Shown here piece by piece: positions 30,907 to 41,994 of a stretch of DNA of 64,000 nucleotides; position 1 is the stretch's first letter, and each line of letters begins with the position of its first letter. Position numbers and translations under genes: made by a program. The stretch is from an uncultured Alphaproteobacteria bacterium (lineage in GTDB: Bacteria; Pseudomonadota; Alphaproteobacteria; HIMB59; GCA-002718135). The notes beneath the pieces are model-generated. The model worked only from the letters and a program-made list of their open reading frames with translations, searched no databases and was not told the DNA's origin. The DNA lies in the NCBI GenBank assembly GCA_902602845.1, contig CACKSN010000003.1:9243-73242 (forward strand), read 5' to 3'.

Positions 30907-31965
30907 ATGGCTTTGGCTGAAGACAAAAACGATATACTGAATAAAATAAAGAGTACCAACTCTATTGATGATTTAGAAAAAATTAGACTTCATTACCTAG
31001 GAAAAAAAGGTTTAATCCCTGAAGCCTTAAAAGAATTAGGTTCTTTATCCATTGAAGAAAAAAAATCTAAAGGACAAGAATTAAATATTACTAAAAAAGA
31101 AATTGAAGAAGGTATTAAAAACCAAAGGACAGAGATTGAAAATATTGAAATTTCAAACAGGATTAATTTAGAATCAATTGATGTTACTCTACCGCCTAAT
31201 ATTTCTGAAAAAGGAAAAATACACCCAATTAGTCAAACAATATTTAATATTATAGAAATTTTTGGAAATTTAAATTATGCAGTGGAAACAGGTCCAGATA
31301 TAGAAACAGATTTTAATAATTTTACAGCTTTAAATATACCAGACCATCACCCGGCAAGAGAAATGCAGGATACTTTTTATATTCAGGATAATGGAGACAA
31401 AAATGTTCTTCGAACCCATACTAGCCCTGTACAAGTGAGAACTATGCTCAACACAAAACCACCTATTAAAATTATTGTGCCTGGCAGAACTTATAGAAGT
31501 GACTCAGATGCTACACATGCTCCCATGTTTCATCAGGTAGAAGGTTTGGTTGTTGATACAAGTTCTACTATGGTTGATTTAAAATCAACACTCGTTTCAT
31601 TCTTAGAAGAATTTTTTGAAGTAAAAAACTTACAATACCGTTTTCGCCCTAGTTACTTTCCTTTTACCGAGCCTAGTGCGGAAATGGATGTAGCTTACAC
31701 TAAAGTTAATAATAAAATTAAAATTGGAGAAGGAGATAAATGGTTAGAAATATTAGGTTGTGGAATGGTCAATCCTATAGTTTTAGATAATTGTAATATT
31801 GACTCAAAACACTACCAGGGTTTTGCTTTTGGTATGGGAATTGAACGGTTGTCGATGCTTAAATACGGTATTACAGACTTAAGAAGTTTTTTTGATCTAA
31901 ATTATAGATGGTTGGATCATTATGGTTTTAGTATTTTAGATAATCAAACACGATCAGGTCTATAA
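30907..31965 (+). CDS. pheS: Phenylalanine--tRNA ligase alpha subunit
   Basis: 352 aa, class II motifs HPAREMQDTFY, FRPSYFPFTEPS, GFAFGMGIERL. Confidence 0.95.
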   Translation: MALAEDKNDILNKIKSTNSIDDLEKIRLHYLGKKGLIPEALKELGSLSIEEKKSKGQELNITKKEIEEGIKNQRTEIENIEISNRINLESIDVTLPPNISEKGKIHPISQTIFNIIEIFGNLNYAVETGPDIETDFNNFTALNIPDHHPAREMQDTFYIQDNGDKNVLRTHTSPVQVRTMLNTKPPIKIIVPGRTYRSDSDATHAPMFHQVEGLVVDTSSTMVDLKSTLVSFLEEFFEVKNLQYRFRPSYFPFTEPSAEMDVAYTKVNNKIKIGEGDKWLEILGCGMVNPIVLDNCNIDSKHYQGFAFGMGIERLSMLKYGITDLRSFFDLNYRWLDHYGFSILDNQTRSGL

Positions 31966-34356
31966 ATGAAATTTACTTTAGATTGGCTAAAAGATCATTT
32001 AGATACTTCTGAAAATTTAAATACTATCACAGATACTCTAACAAATATTGGTTTAGAGATTGAAAGTGTAGATGATAAATCAGAAATATTTAAGAATTTT
32101 ACAGTAGCTAAAGTTTTAAAAGCAGAAAAACATCCAGATGCGGATAAACTTAAAGTATGTCAGGTAGAAACAATAAATGGAAATTTTCAAGTTGTTTGTG
32201 GTGCTCCAAATGCAAGACAAGGAATGTTAGGTATTTTTGCTCCAGAAAATAGTTATATTCCTGGCACAGACTTGCATCTAAAAAAAACCAAAATAAGAGG
32301 AGTTGAGTCTTGTGGAATGCTTGTATCAGAAAGAGAGATGGGTATTTCTGATGAACACGATGGCATTATTGAAATAAAAAATAATTATAAAATTGGTGAT
32401 TTGTTTAGTAAAATTTTTACAATAGATGAACCAGTTATTGAAATCAATTTAACACCAAATAGATCAGATTGTTTATCGGTTAGAGGTATCGCAAGAGATT
32501 TAGCAGCAGCAGGAATTGGTAAATTAAAAGACTTAAATTATAAAAAACCAAAAGAATCATTCAAAAGCCCAATTACTTGGAAAAAAGAATTTCAAAATAA
32601 TAATCTATGTCCTGGTGTAGCAGGTCGGTATTTCAAAAATGTCAAAAATTTAGAGAGCCCTAAATGGCTTCAAGATAGATTAACTGCAATCGGATTGAGA
32701 CCAATTTCAGCACTTGTTGATATTACAAACTATATTACTTTTGACTTAGGAAGACCACTACATGTTTACGATGCTGACAAAGTATCAGGTAATTTAACAA
32801 TGCGATTAGCAAATAAAAATGAGGAGTGTTTAGCATTAAATGAAATTAACTATAAATGTGACACTGACATGATTGTCATTTCTGATGATAAAAATAAACT
32901 TCACGGAATTGGTGGTGTTATGGGAGGCCTTGATAGTGGTTGCAGTATGGAAACAAAAAATGTCTTTCTAGAAGTTGCGTTATTTGATCCAATTTCTGTG
33001 ACTAAAACGGGAAGAAAATTAAATCTTCAGAGTGATGCACGTTATCGTTTTGAAAGAGGGATAGATACTGACTCCATCTATTGGGGTGTAGATACAGCAA
33101 CTCAAATGATTTTGGAATTATGCGGAGGAGAAGTAAGTGAGTTTGTTTCTTCAGAAATTAATATAGAAAAAACTAAACCATTCATGTTTGATACAAATAA
33201 AGTGAAGACTTTTGGTGGAATAGAAATCAATAATAAGGAACAAGAAAAAATCTTAGTTTCACTTGGTTTTTCTATTAATGAAAAAAAGTCAAAATTTGAA
33301 ATACAATGTCCTACTTTTAGACCAGACATTGTTGGTGAGGCAGATATCGTTGAGGAAATAATTCGAATTTATGGTTATAATAAAATTCCTCTTAAAAAAA
33401 TAACTAATCAAGAAGAAAAAAAGCAGATTTTAAATACTAAAACTAAAACTTTTTATAAAAGCAAAAAAACTATAGCTCTTAATGGGTATTCCGAAGTTGT
33501 AACTTGGTCATTTATGGATGAGAAAAAGGCAAAAATTGTATCAAAGGAAATAATAAGTTTAAAAAATCCAATAAGTAGCGATTTAAATACGATGAGACCA
33601 TCTACTTTTCCAAATTTATTAGAAGCAATCAATCAAAATAAAGCTAGAATGTATTCTAGAGCAAAAATATTTGAAGTAGGTCCTAATTTCTCTAAATCAT
33701 TACCAGACCAACAAGAAAATATTGCTACTGCTATAGCTTATGGTCCATCTGATGAACAAAATTGGTTATCAAATAAAAAAAATATTGATGTCTTTAGTGT
33801 AAAGGCTGATTTATTTTCTATTTTAGCTAATTTAAATGTGCCAATAGATAATTTGTTATATGAAAAACTCGAAGGTCAGATTTACCATCCTGGTAAATCA
33901 TCTTCTTTAAGGCTTGGTAAAAACAAAATAGCTAACTTTGGAGAATTACATCCAATACTATTAAAAACAATGGATGTTAATCTTAAGGTATTTGGTTTTG
34001 AAATATACTTAGAGAATATTTCACAATTTCAAGAAAATAAATCTTCCTCAAAAGGTGGGTTTGCTAACAATCCTTATCAGATGGTTGAAAGAGATTTTGC
34101 TTTCATTTTCTCAAAAGAAGTTGAGGCTGGCGAAATAATTAAAAAAGTAAAAAAAATAGAAAAAAATTTAATTCACAAAGTTACAATATTTGATGTTTAT
34201 GATGGAGATAAGCTCCCAGAAAATAAAAAAAGTATTGCTTTTAGGGTATTACTGCAACCTCAAGATAAAACATTCAACGATCAAGAAATTGAAGAATTAT
34301 CACAAAAAATAATTGACGAAATATCGAAATCACTTGATGCATCTATAAGAAACTAA
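31966..34356 (+). CDS. pheT: Phenylalanine--tRNA ligase beta subunit
   Basis: 796 aa, N-terminal tRNA-binding OB ([13 protein letters not shown]), B3/4 and B5 domains, C-terminal FDVY. Confidence 0.95.
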   Translation: MKFTLDWLKDHLDTSENLNTITDTLTNIGLEIESVDDKSEIFKNFTVAKVLKAEKHPDADKLKVCQVETINGNFQVVCGAPNARQGMLGIFAPENSYIPGTDLHLKKTKIRGVESCGMLVSEREMGISDEHDGIIEIKNNYKIGDLFSKIFTIDEPVIEINLTPNRSDCLSVRGIARDLAAAGIGKLKDLNYKKPKESFKSPITWKKEFQNNNLCPGVAGRYFKNVKNLESPKWLQDRLTAIGLRPISALVDITNYITFDLGRPLHVYDADKVSGNLTMRLANKNEECLALNEINYKCDTDMIVISDDKNKLHGIGGVMGGLDSGCSMETKNVFLEVALFDPISVTKTGRKLNLQSDARYRFERGIDTDSIYWGVDTATQMILELCGGEVSEFVSSEINIEKTKPFMFDTNKVKTFGGIEINNKEQEKILVSLGFSINEKKSKFEIQCPTFRPDIVGEADIVEEIIRIYGYNKIPLKKITNQEEKKQILNTKTKTFYKSKKTIALNGYSEVVTWSFMDEKKAKIVSKEIISLKNPISSDLNTMRPSTFPNLLEAINQNKARMYSRAKIFEVGPNFSKSLPDQQENIATAIAYGPSDEQNWLSNKKNIDVFSVKADLFSILANLNVPIDNLLYEKLEGQIYHPGKSSSLRLGKNKIANFGELHPILLKTMDVNLKVFGFEIYLENISQFQENKSSSKGGFANNPYQMVERDFAFIFSKEVEAGEIIKKVKKIEKNLIHKVTIFDVYDGDKLPENKKSIAFRVLLQPQDKTFNDQEIEELSQKIIDEISKSLDASIRN

Positions 34357-36158
34357 TGACAGAACTTAGTTCTATTCGTAATTTCTCAATTGTCGCTCAC
34401 ATAGATCATGGAAAGTCAACTTTAGCTGATAGACTAATACAGTTTTGTGGAGGTTTGAGTGATAGAGAGATGAAAGAGCAGGTTTTAGATTCAATGGAAT
34501 TAGAAAGAGAAAGAGGTATTACGATTAAAGCTCAAACAGTTAGACTTTCTTACAAATCAAATGATGGCAAGACTTACATACTTAATATTATGGACACCCC
34601 AGGGCATGTTGATTTTTCATATGAGGTATCAAGATCTCTAGCAGCATGTGAAGGATCTTTACTAATAGTAGATTCTACACAGGGAGTTGAGGCTCAAACT
34701 TTAGCCAATGCGTATCAAGCAATAAATAATAATCATGAAATTTTGCCTGTCCTAAATAAAATTGATCTTCCTTCTTCTGAACCAGATAAAATAAAATCAC
34801 AAATTGAAGATGTGCTAGGTATTGAAACTGACAATGCCTCTCTTGTTTCAGCAAAAACAGGTGTAGGCATAGAAGATTTATTAAATAAAATCATAACACT
34901 TCTCCCATCTCCATCGGGTGAAGTAAGTAAAGAATTGAAATGCATGTTAGTTGATAGTTGGTATGATAGCTATCTTGGCGTTGTTGTCCTTGTTCGAGTA
35001 ATTAATGGAGAATTAAAAAAAGGCCAAAAAATTAGATTTATGGCAACAGGAGCCACTTATACCATAGATAGGGTAGGTATATTTTCTCCCAAAGCTACTG
35101 AAGTTAATTCACTTGGACCAGGAGAGATTGGTTTTATAAATTCGGGTATTAAAAGTGTATCTGATTGTAAAGTTGGTGATACGATAACAGATGATAAGCT
35201 TCCAACAGAAGATGTTCTTCCGGGATTTAAACCATCCCAACCTGTTGTTTTTTGTGGAATGTTCCCAGTTGACTCAGATGAATACGAACATATGCGTGAT
35301 AGTATGGCCAAACTTGCATTGAATGACTCAAGTTTTTCTTATGAACCAGAAGTGAGTCCTGCCCTAGGTTATGGTTTTCGCTGCGGGTTCTTAGGTTTGT
35401 TGCATTTAGAGATTATTAGAGATAGGTTTGAGAGAGAATTTAATTTAGAACTTGTTACAACAGCACCATCAGTTGTTTACAAAATTTTAATGAAAGATGG
35501 CTCTACTATAAATCTTCACAACCCTACAGATATGCCAGATCCAGTTAAAGTTGAGAATATTTCTGAGCCCTGGATTAAAGCTACAATTATTGTGCCTGAA
35601 GAATTCTTAGGATCAGTTTTAGAATTATGTACTTCAAAAAGAGGTATTCAGCTAAATATGAGTTATGCAGGTAATAGACCTTTAGTTGAATATAAACTTC
35701 CACTTAACGAAGTCGTTTTTGATTTTTACGATAGATTAAAATCAATTACAAAAGGTTATGCAAGTTTTGATTATGAAATTACTGGATATGAGATTAATAA
35801 TTTAGTTAAAGTAGGAATACTTATAAATGGAGATCCAGTAGATGCGTTATCTTTAATTGTTCACAAAGATAGATCTGAGCAAAGAGGTAGAGCACTCTGC
35901 GAAAGACTAAAAGATTTAATTCCAAGACAACAATTTAAAGTTGCAATTCAAGCTGCAATTGGAGGTAAAGTAATTGCTCGTGAAACAGTAGCTTCATTTA
36001 GAAAAGATGTAACTCAAAAGCTTTATGGTGGAGATGTAACAAGGAAAAATAAACTCTTAGATAAACAAAAAAAAGGTAAAAAAAGAATGAGGCAGTTTGG
36101 GAAAGTTGATATTCCACAAAATACTTTTTTAAATGCATTAAAAATGAAAGATAATTAA
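34356..36158 (+). CDS. lepA: Elongation factor 4 (LepA)
   Basis: 600 aa, [33 protein letters not shown], LepA C-terminal domain. Confidence 0.97.
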   Translation: MTELSSIRNFSIVAHIDHGKSTLADRLIQFCGGLSDREMKEQVLDSMELERERGITIKAQTVRLSYKSNDGKTYILNIMDTPGHVDFSYEVSRSLAACEGSLLIVDSTQGVEAQTLANAYQAINNNHEILPVLNKIDLPSSEPDKIKSQIEDVLGIETDNASLVSAKTGVGIEDLLNKIITLLPSPSGEVSKELKCMLVDSWYDSYLGVVVLVRVINGELKKGQKIRFMATGATYTIDRVGIFSPKATEVNSLGPGEIGFINSGIKSVSDCKVGDTITDDKLPTEDVLPGFKPSQPVVFCGMFPVDSDEYEHMRDSMAKLALNDSSFSYEPEVSPALGYGFRCGFLGLLHLEIIRDRFEREFNLELVTTAPSVVYKILMKDGSTINLHNPTDMPDPVKVENISEPWIKATIIVPEEFLGSVLELCTSKRGIQLNMSYAGNRPLVEYKLPLNEVVFDFYDRLKSITKGYASFDYEITGYEINNLVKVGILINGDPVDALSLIVHKDRSEQRGRALCERLKDLIPRQQFKVAIQAAIGGKVIARETVASFRKDVTQKLYGGDVTRKNKLLDKQKKGKKRMRQFGKVDIPQNTFLNALKMKDN

Positions 36159-36163
36159 ATAAT

Positions 36164-36253
36164 GGAGAGATGTGAGAGTGGTTTAATCAGCACGCTTGGA
36201 AAGCGTGTGTAGTAGCAATACTACCGAGGGTTCGAATCCCTCTCTCTCCGCCA
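36164..36253 (+). tRNA. tRNA-Ser (anticodon GGA), CCA encoded
   Basis: Acceptor GGAGAGA/TCTCTCC, anticodon stem CACGC/GCGTG with loop TTGGAAA, long variable arm (GTAGTA..TACTAC), T arm GAGGG-TTCGAAT-CCCTC, discriminator G, CCA. Confidence 0.9.
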
Positions 36254-36267
36254 TCTAATATTTAAAA

Positions 36268-38247
36268 TCAAATTTTTTTACACCAAAACTGATACATTCC
36301 TGCAAAGATTCTAGGATTAGATTTTTCGTATTCTTCCCACTTGTCAAGATTATATAGATCATCCTTATTAATATAATTATCTTTAAAGTTTTCTTTGACA
36401 AGTTGATCTTCAAATCCTAGAAATATTAATCCTAGTTTATCTAAATATTCTTTTATTTTACTTATTGTAAATCTATGTTCTTGAACATGAAATAATAAAT
36501 CTCTTACCCCACTTACTGTATAGAAATCTGGACTTGATTTAATATAATTCCATTGATTGTTATTATTCTCAATTAAGTCTTTTCTAAATTTAATAATATT
36601 TTTATAATTGGATTGCAGTTTAAGTTTATTTATTTTTTTTTTAATTTGTATTATGTGTTGTCTAGCTTTTTCACTATACAATCCAATAAGCATTAAAGAA
36701 TCATTATTCAAACATGATGTTAAAATTTCCCATCCTTTAAATGGATTATCCATATGATGAAGAACGCCAACTGACTCAATTACATCAAACTTTCTATCTA
36801 TTGATTCTAAATCTAATATATCTCCTTGAATAAAATCAATATTGTCAATTTCAAGCTCATTAGCCTTTCTTTTTGCGTAAGATAAACTTTTAAAACTTAA
36901 ATCTAGAGCAAGTATTTTTGATTTTTTGTATTTTGAGGCAGTTGTAATGGCGTGCTGACCAGTTCCACAACCTGCAATTAGAATATTAGGGCTCTCAGAG
37001 TTTGATATTTTTTTAAGATTTAAATTCAAATCACTATCACTAATAACAGCCTTAATATCTCTAGGCTTAACACTTAACCCAAGATTTTGCCATCTAGGAT
37101 AGGGGTTTTCCTCATATTGTTTTTTTACCCTAATAGAAACTCGATCTTCTACGTTTGATATAGACTTTATTGATTTAGATATTTGTTTTTCAATTTTATT
37201 TTGATTTATATGTAATTCAAATATTTTTTTTAATTTATCTGAAAATTTAATTTTATCTGACCAACTAAAATTAGTTAAAGTCTCATAACATGATAGGCAT
37301 AATATATCTAAATCATTAATTTTTTTATTTTTTCTTAAATTGTTTTTAATTCTTTCATCAATTTTTTTTATTTTTTCTATCTCATCTTTTGATTGGTCAT
37401 ATATGTATTCATTAAGAAAACATTGCATAGATAAAGAAATCAAAAAATCTATGTTAGCTTTATCAAAATTTGATTTGTATATCTGATTTAAAACTTTTTC
37501 TCTTATTTTTACGAAATTTTTTTCAATATAATAATCAGGAATAGGACAAACTTTCATAAACTGCATTAAAAGAGAGTTCTTTTGTAAATTTTTTAAAATA
37601 TAATTAACATTTTTATCAGTTATTTTATCCTTAATTAGAGATAAATTTTTCTTTAGATCCGTACTAAAATATAAATTATTTAAAACATTAGGAGCAATAG
37701 AATTTGGTCTAACAATAATTCTTTCTTTTAAAAGATATAAAAGATATTTGTTAATATTTTTATTTTCTTCATTTATTATATAAAACTGAAGTACTCCAGC
37801 TAAGTTGTAATATGCTACTTTATAATTTGGATTGATTTCTAAAGTTGATAAATAACACTCAATGGCTTTTTTATTTAAACCCTTTTTTCTATATATATTT
37901 CCAAGATTATTATGAGCTTTAAAATAATTTTTATCTAATTCTAGAACCTTATTATAATTTTCTATTGCATTATTTTCTTCATGTAATTTGCTGTAAATAT
38001 TTGCTAAATTATAGTAACCATCAGTATATCTAGGGCTTAGTTTTATAACTTTGATAAATAAATCTTTTGCTAATCTATAATTTTTAAGTTCAGTGTAAAC
38101 TACTCCTTGTATATTTTGAATAAGAATGGAGTTTGGAAATTCACCTAATATCTCATTAGATAATCTTAAAAGTTCATCAAATTTTTTTTTATCATATAAT
38201 GAAATTAGTTTTTTTATTATTATTTCTGAAGGTTCTATTGGACTCAT
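36268..38247 (-). CDS. TPR-repeat protein with C-terminal class I SAM-dependent methyltransferase domain
   Basis: 659 aa. N-terminal TPRs (YYNLANIY, AHNNLGNIY, AYYNLAGVL), about 230-aa unassigned middle region, QYEENPYPRW motif. Methyltransferase motif I ILIAGCGTGQH, LDLS, post-I/II DVIESVGVLHH. Confidence 0.7.
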   Translation of the reverse strand: MSPIEPSEIIIKKLISLYDKKKFDELLRLSNEILGEFPNSILIQNIQGVVYTELKNYRLAKDLFIKVIKLSPRYTDGYYNLANIYSKLHEENNAIENYNKVLELDKNYFKAHNNLGNIYRKKGLNKKAIECYLSTLEINPNYKVAYYNLAGVLQFYIINEENKNINKYLLYLLKERIIVRPNSIAPNVLNNLYFSTDLKKNLSLIKDKITDKNVNYILKNLQKNSLLMQFMKVCPIPDYYIEKNFVKIREKVLNQIYKSNFDKANIDFLISLSMQCFLNEYIYDQSKDEIEKIKKIDERIKNNLRKNKKINDLDILCLSCYETLTNFSWSDKIKFSDKLKKIFELHINQNKIEKQISKSIKSISNVEDRVSIRVKKQYEENPYPRWQNLGLSVKPRDIKAVISDSDLNLNLKKISNSESPNILIAGCGTGQHAITTASKYKKSKILALDLSFKSLSYAKRKANELEIDNIDFIQGDILDLESIDRKFDVIESVGVLHHMDNPFKGWEILTSCLNNDSLMLIGLYSEKARQHIIQIKKKINKLKLQSNYKNIIKFRKDLIENNNNQWNYIKSSPDFYTVSGVRDLLFHVQEHRFTISKIKEYLDKLGLIFLGFEDQLVKENFKDNYINKDDLYNLDKWEEYEKSNPRIFAGMYQFWCKKI

Positions 38248-39825
38248 CTATACTACAGAGGAAATGAGTTTTTTAGTATACTCAGATTTAGGAGAATTAA
38301 AAATATTACTACTAATGTTTTCTTCAACAACCAATCCATCTTTTAATACAATTATTCTATCTGATATTGCCTTTATGACTGTCATATCATGACTAATAAA
38401 GATGTAACTAAGCTGAAGTTGTTTTTGAAGTTTATTTAGAAGGTTTATTATTTGACTCTGAATTGTTACATCTAGAGCCGATGTAGGTTCATCTAAAATT
38501 AAAATTTTTGGCTCCAAAATTAAAGCTCTTGCAATTGCAATCCTCTGACGTTGACCACCTGAAAATTCATGAGGATATTTTTCAATCGTATTTTTATATT
38601 CTAATCCAACTTTATCTAATATATTTTTTATTTTTTCTTCTTTTTCTTTTTTACCTATTTTTGGATAATGAATTAACAATCCTTCAGAAATAATATCTTC
38701 TATATTCATTCTTGGACTTAATGATGAAAATGGATCTTGAAATACAATTTGTATTTCCTTTCTCAAATTTAACATTTCTTTTTTATTTAATTGACTAAGA
38801 TCTTTTTTATTTATTTGTATTTTTCCTTTAGATTCAATTAAATTTAAAATAGCTAAAATAAGAGATGTTTTTCCTGAACCTGACTCTCCAACGATACCAA
38901 TACTTTCACCAATTTTTAAATCAAAACTGACATTTTTAATTGCTTTTACATAGTCAACTGTTCTTTTTAAAAGACCTTTTTTAATTGGGTACCATACATC
39001 TAAACCTTCAACTTTTAAGATAGAAGCTGAATCAAAATTTTTACTCTCTTTAATATTCTTTTGGTAAGAAACTAATTCTTTCGTATATTCATTCTTTGGA
39101 TTAATAAATATTTCGTCATTTGAGCCAAATTCAATGATTTTACCATTTTTCATTACGTATATATAATCTGATAACTTTTTTACTACTGATAAATCATGAC
39201 TAATAAATACTAAAGACATCCCTAATCTCAATTGTATATTTTTTAAAAGTTCTAAAATTTGTAATTGTATTGTAACATCTAATGCTGTTGTAGGTTCATC
39301 GGCAATTAGAACTTCTGGATTATTAGCAATGCTCATTGCAATCATAGCTCTTTGTCGTTGCCCACCTGATAATTCATAAGGATATATTTTTGGCCTTGAT
39401 GCAATGTCACCTAAACCAACTTCTTTTAATAATTTTATAGTTTTTTTCTTTGCATCACTCTTACTAATCACATTGTGAGTTATAATAATTTCCTCAATTT
39501 GTTTATTAATTGTATGTAAAGGATTTAGGCTTGTCATAGGTTCCTGAAAAATAGTAGATATTTTATTGCCTCTTATTTTTTGGATTTCATTTTTGCTCAA
39601 TTTTAATAAATTTATATTATTAAAATATATATCACCATTTTTAATTTCAGCACCGTTAGGTAATAGTTTTAAAATACTCAATGCTGATAAAGTTTTTCCT
39701 GAACCTGACTCACCTACTATTGCAGTAGTTTTTCCTTTTATAACATCCAGATTTATATTTTTTACTACTTCAATATTTCTATTAAATTCAATTGTAAGAT
39801 TTTTAATTGAAACTATTTTATCCAT
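38248..39825 (-). CDS. yejF: Peptide ABC transporter, fused double ATP-binding protein
   Basis: 525 aa; two Walker A (GESGSGKT x2), two signatures (LSGGQRQR, FSGGQRQR), two Walker B (LIADEPT, LILDEPT); size and order match E. coli YejF. Confidence 0.8.
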   Translation of the reverse strand: MDKIVSIKNLTIEFNRNIEVVKNINLDVIKGKTTAIVGESGSGKTLSALSILKLLPNGAEIKNGDIYFNNINLLKLSKNEIQKIRGNKISTIFQEPMTSLNPLHTINKQIEEIIITHNVISKSDAKKKTIKLLKEVGLGDIASRPKIYPYELSGGQRQRAMIAMSIANNPEVLIADEPTTALDVTIQLQILELLKNIQLRLGMSLVFISHDLSVVKKLSDYIYVMKNGKIIEFGSNDEIFINPKNEYTKELVSYQKNIKESKNFDSASILKVEGLDVWYPIKKGLLKRTVDYVKAIKNVSFDLKIGESIGIVGESGSGKTSLILAILNLIESKGKIQINKKDLSQLNKKEMLNLRKEIQIVFQDPFSSLSPRMNIEDIISEGLLIHYPKIGKKEKEEKIKNILDKVGLEYKNTIEKYPHEFSGGQRQRIAIARALILEPKILILDEPTSALDVTIQSQIINLLNKLQKQLQLSYIFISHDMTVIKAISDRIIVLKDGLVVEENISSNIFNSPKSEYTKKLISSVV

Positions 39826-39826
39826 T

Positions 39827-40855
39827 TTAATTAAAAGTCTTTCTAGGGTCTAAAGAATCTCTTATTGCTTCGCCCACAAAAACTAACAGTCCTAACATCA
39901 AACCTAAGGTTAAAAAACTTGTAATTCCTAGCCATGGTGCTTGTAAATTATTTCTACCTTGATTTACCATTTCTCCTAATGATGCCGACCCTGGTGGTAA
40001 GCCAAAACCTAAAAAATCAAGACCTGATAATGCTGTTACTGATGCGCTTAAGCTGAATGGGAGAAAAGTCACAGTAGCAATAGTAGCATTTGGTAGCATA
40101 TGCCTAATAATTATTCTTGTATTTGAAACACCTAGTGCTTTTGCAGCTCTAATATAATCAAAATTTCTTGCCCTCAAAAATTCTGCTCTTACTACACCAA
40201 CATATCCCATCCAGCTAAAAAGTAATAAGATAATTAAAAGCCACCAAAAATTTGGTTGAATCACACTAGCTAAAATTATCAAAACATATAATGTCGGTAT
40301 TGCGGACCAAATTTCCATAAATCTTTGAAAAAATAAATCTGTCTTTCCACCAAAATAACCTTGTATTGCTCCAGCTGAAACTCCAATAATCATTGAAAAA
40401 AATGTTAGAGCAAATCCAAATAATACTGAGATTCGGAACCCATATATTAATCTTGATAATACATCCCTTGCTTGATCATCCGTGCCAAGCCAATTTTTAT
40501 TTGTAGGTGGTGAAGGAGCAGGAGCATCTAAATCTCTTATTATAGTATTATATGAATAAGGGATCAGAGGCATAATCATCCATCCTTTTTCTTCAATTAA
40601 ATTTTTTACATAAGGATCTTTATAATCAGCTTCAGTTTCAAAATCTCCTCCAAATGCTGTTTCTGAATAAAAAGAAAATACTGGATAATAAAAGTTTGAA
40701 TCATATCTTACTAACAAAGGTTTTTCATTTGCAATGAAATCAGCAAAAAGAGAAATAAAAAATAAAAAAGCAAATATCCAAAAAGAATAGTAACCTCTCT
40801 TATTGCTCCTAAAATTATTTAATCGTCTTTGATTTAACTTTGATAATTTCTTCAT
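39827..40855 (-). CDS. yejE: Peptide ABC transporter permease
   Basis: 342 aa, multi-TM, N-terminal LGTDDQARDV motif of DppC/YejE-type permeases. Confidence 0.78.
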   Translation of the reverse strand: MKKLSKLNQRRLNNFRSNKRGYYSFWIFAFLFFISLFADFIANEKPLLVRYDSNFYYPVFSFYSETAFGGDFETEADYKDPYVKNLIEEKGWMIMPLIPYSYNTIIRDLDAPAPSPPTNKNWLGTDDQARDVLSRLIYGFRISVLFGFALTFFSMIIGVSAGAIQGYFGGKTDLFFQRFMEIWSAIPTLYVLIILASVIQPNFWWLLIILLLFSWMGYVGVVRAEFLRARNFDYIRAAKALGVSNTRIIIRHMLPNATIATVTFLPFSLSASVTALSGLDFLGFGLPPGSASLGEMVNQGRNNLQAPWLGITSFLTLGLMLGLLVFVGEAIRDSLDPRKTFN

Positions 40856-41955
40856 TATCTTGATTCAAAATCTATTCTTGGGTCAATGATTGAGTACATA
40901 AAATCTCCAATAATCCCCATAACTAAACCTAGTAATGAGAAAAAATACAGTGTTGCAAATATGACGGGATAATCTCTAGTTAAAGCAGCTTCATATCCAA
41001 GTAAACCTAAACCATCTAAAGAAAAGATAACTTCTATAAATAGTGAACTTGAAAAAAGAATTCCAATAAATGCCGATGGGAATCCAGCAATTACTATTAA
41101 CATTGCATTTCTAAATACATGACCATAAAGTACTTTTCTCTCAGTTAAACCTTTTGACCGAGCTGTAATTACATATTGTTGATTTACCTGATCAAGAAAT
41201 GAATTTTTTGTTAAAAATGTTAAACCTGCAAATCCACTTACAAGCATAGCGGTTAGTGGCAGAGCTAAATGCCAGAAGTAATCTATTATTTTTTGAAATA
41301 AAGTTAACTCATCAAAATTTTCAGAAAATAAACCACGTAAGGGAAAAATATCATAAAATCTTCCACCTGCAAAAAATACAATTAATATTACAGCAAATAA
41401 AAAATTTGGAATTGCATAGCCAATAGTCACAATTGAGCTTGAAATTATATCAAATTTAGATCCATCATTTATGGCTTTACGAATCCCAAGAGGTATAGAG
41501 ATTAAATATACTAATAAGGTTGTCCATAAACCAAGTGATATTGAAACTGGCATTTTATCTAAAACAATAGAAGTAACCTTTTGATCTCTAAAAAAACTTT
41601 CACCAAAATCAAACGTTAGATAATTTTTAAGCATTTTAATAAATCTTTCATGTGCAGGTTGGTCCATCCCATACATTTTTTCTATTTCTTTTATTATATC
41701 TGGATCGAGACCTTGTGCTCCCCTATACTTACTATCGTTAACAGATGTAGAATTATCTCGATTAAATTCTAAAGTTTCACCCTCGCCACCACCAGAAAAT
41801 CGTGCTGTTGACTCAACTGCAGTCCCAGTAATTTGTGCAATCATTTGTTCTACTGGTCCTCCAGGAACAACTTGAATTACAGCAAAATTTATAACCATAA
41901 TCCCAAAAAGAGTTGGTATTATTAAAAGCAGCCTTTTTATTAAGTAAGCACCCAT
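40855..41955 (-). CDS. yejB: Peptide ABC transporter permease
   Basis: 366 aa, DppB/YejB-type permease with extended periplasmic loop, EAA-like ARSKGLTERKVLYGHVFRNA. Confidence 0.78.
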   Translation of the reverse strand: MGAYLIKRLLLIIPTLFGIMVINFAVIQVVPGGPVEQMIAQITGTAVESTARFSGGGEGETLEFNRDNSTSVNDSKYRGAQGLDPDIIKEIEKMYGMDQPAHERFIKMLKNYLTFDFGESFFRDQKVTSIVLDKMPVSISLGLWTTLLVYLISIPLGIRKAINDGSKFDIISSSIVTIGYAIPNFLFAVILIVFFAGGRFYDIFPLRGLFSENFDELTLFQKIIDYFWHLALPLTAMLVSGFAGLTFLTKNSFLDQVNQQYVITARSKGLTERKVLYGHVFRNAMLIVIAGFPSAFIGILFSSSLFIEVIFSLDGLGLLGYEAALTRDYPVIFATLYFFSLLGLVMGIIGDFMYSIIDPRIDFESR

Positions 41956-41994
41956 ATTGTGCTATCTTATATTATTTCTAATAAACTTTAATAA

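Noticed and set aside
36164-36253. tRNA-Ser as a possible integration hotspot for an island (the adjacent TPR-methyltransferase gene).
   Set aside because: There is no integrase and no direct repeat of the tRNA 3' end that I could find. The neighbouring gene is joined without spacer to a conserved ABC operon.
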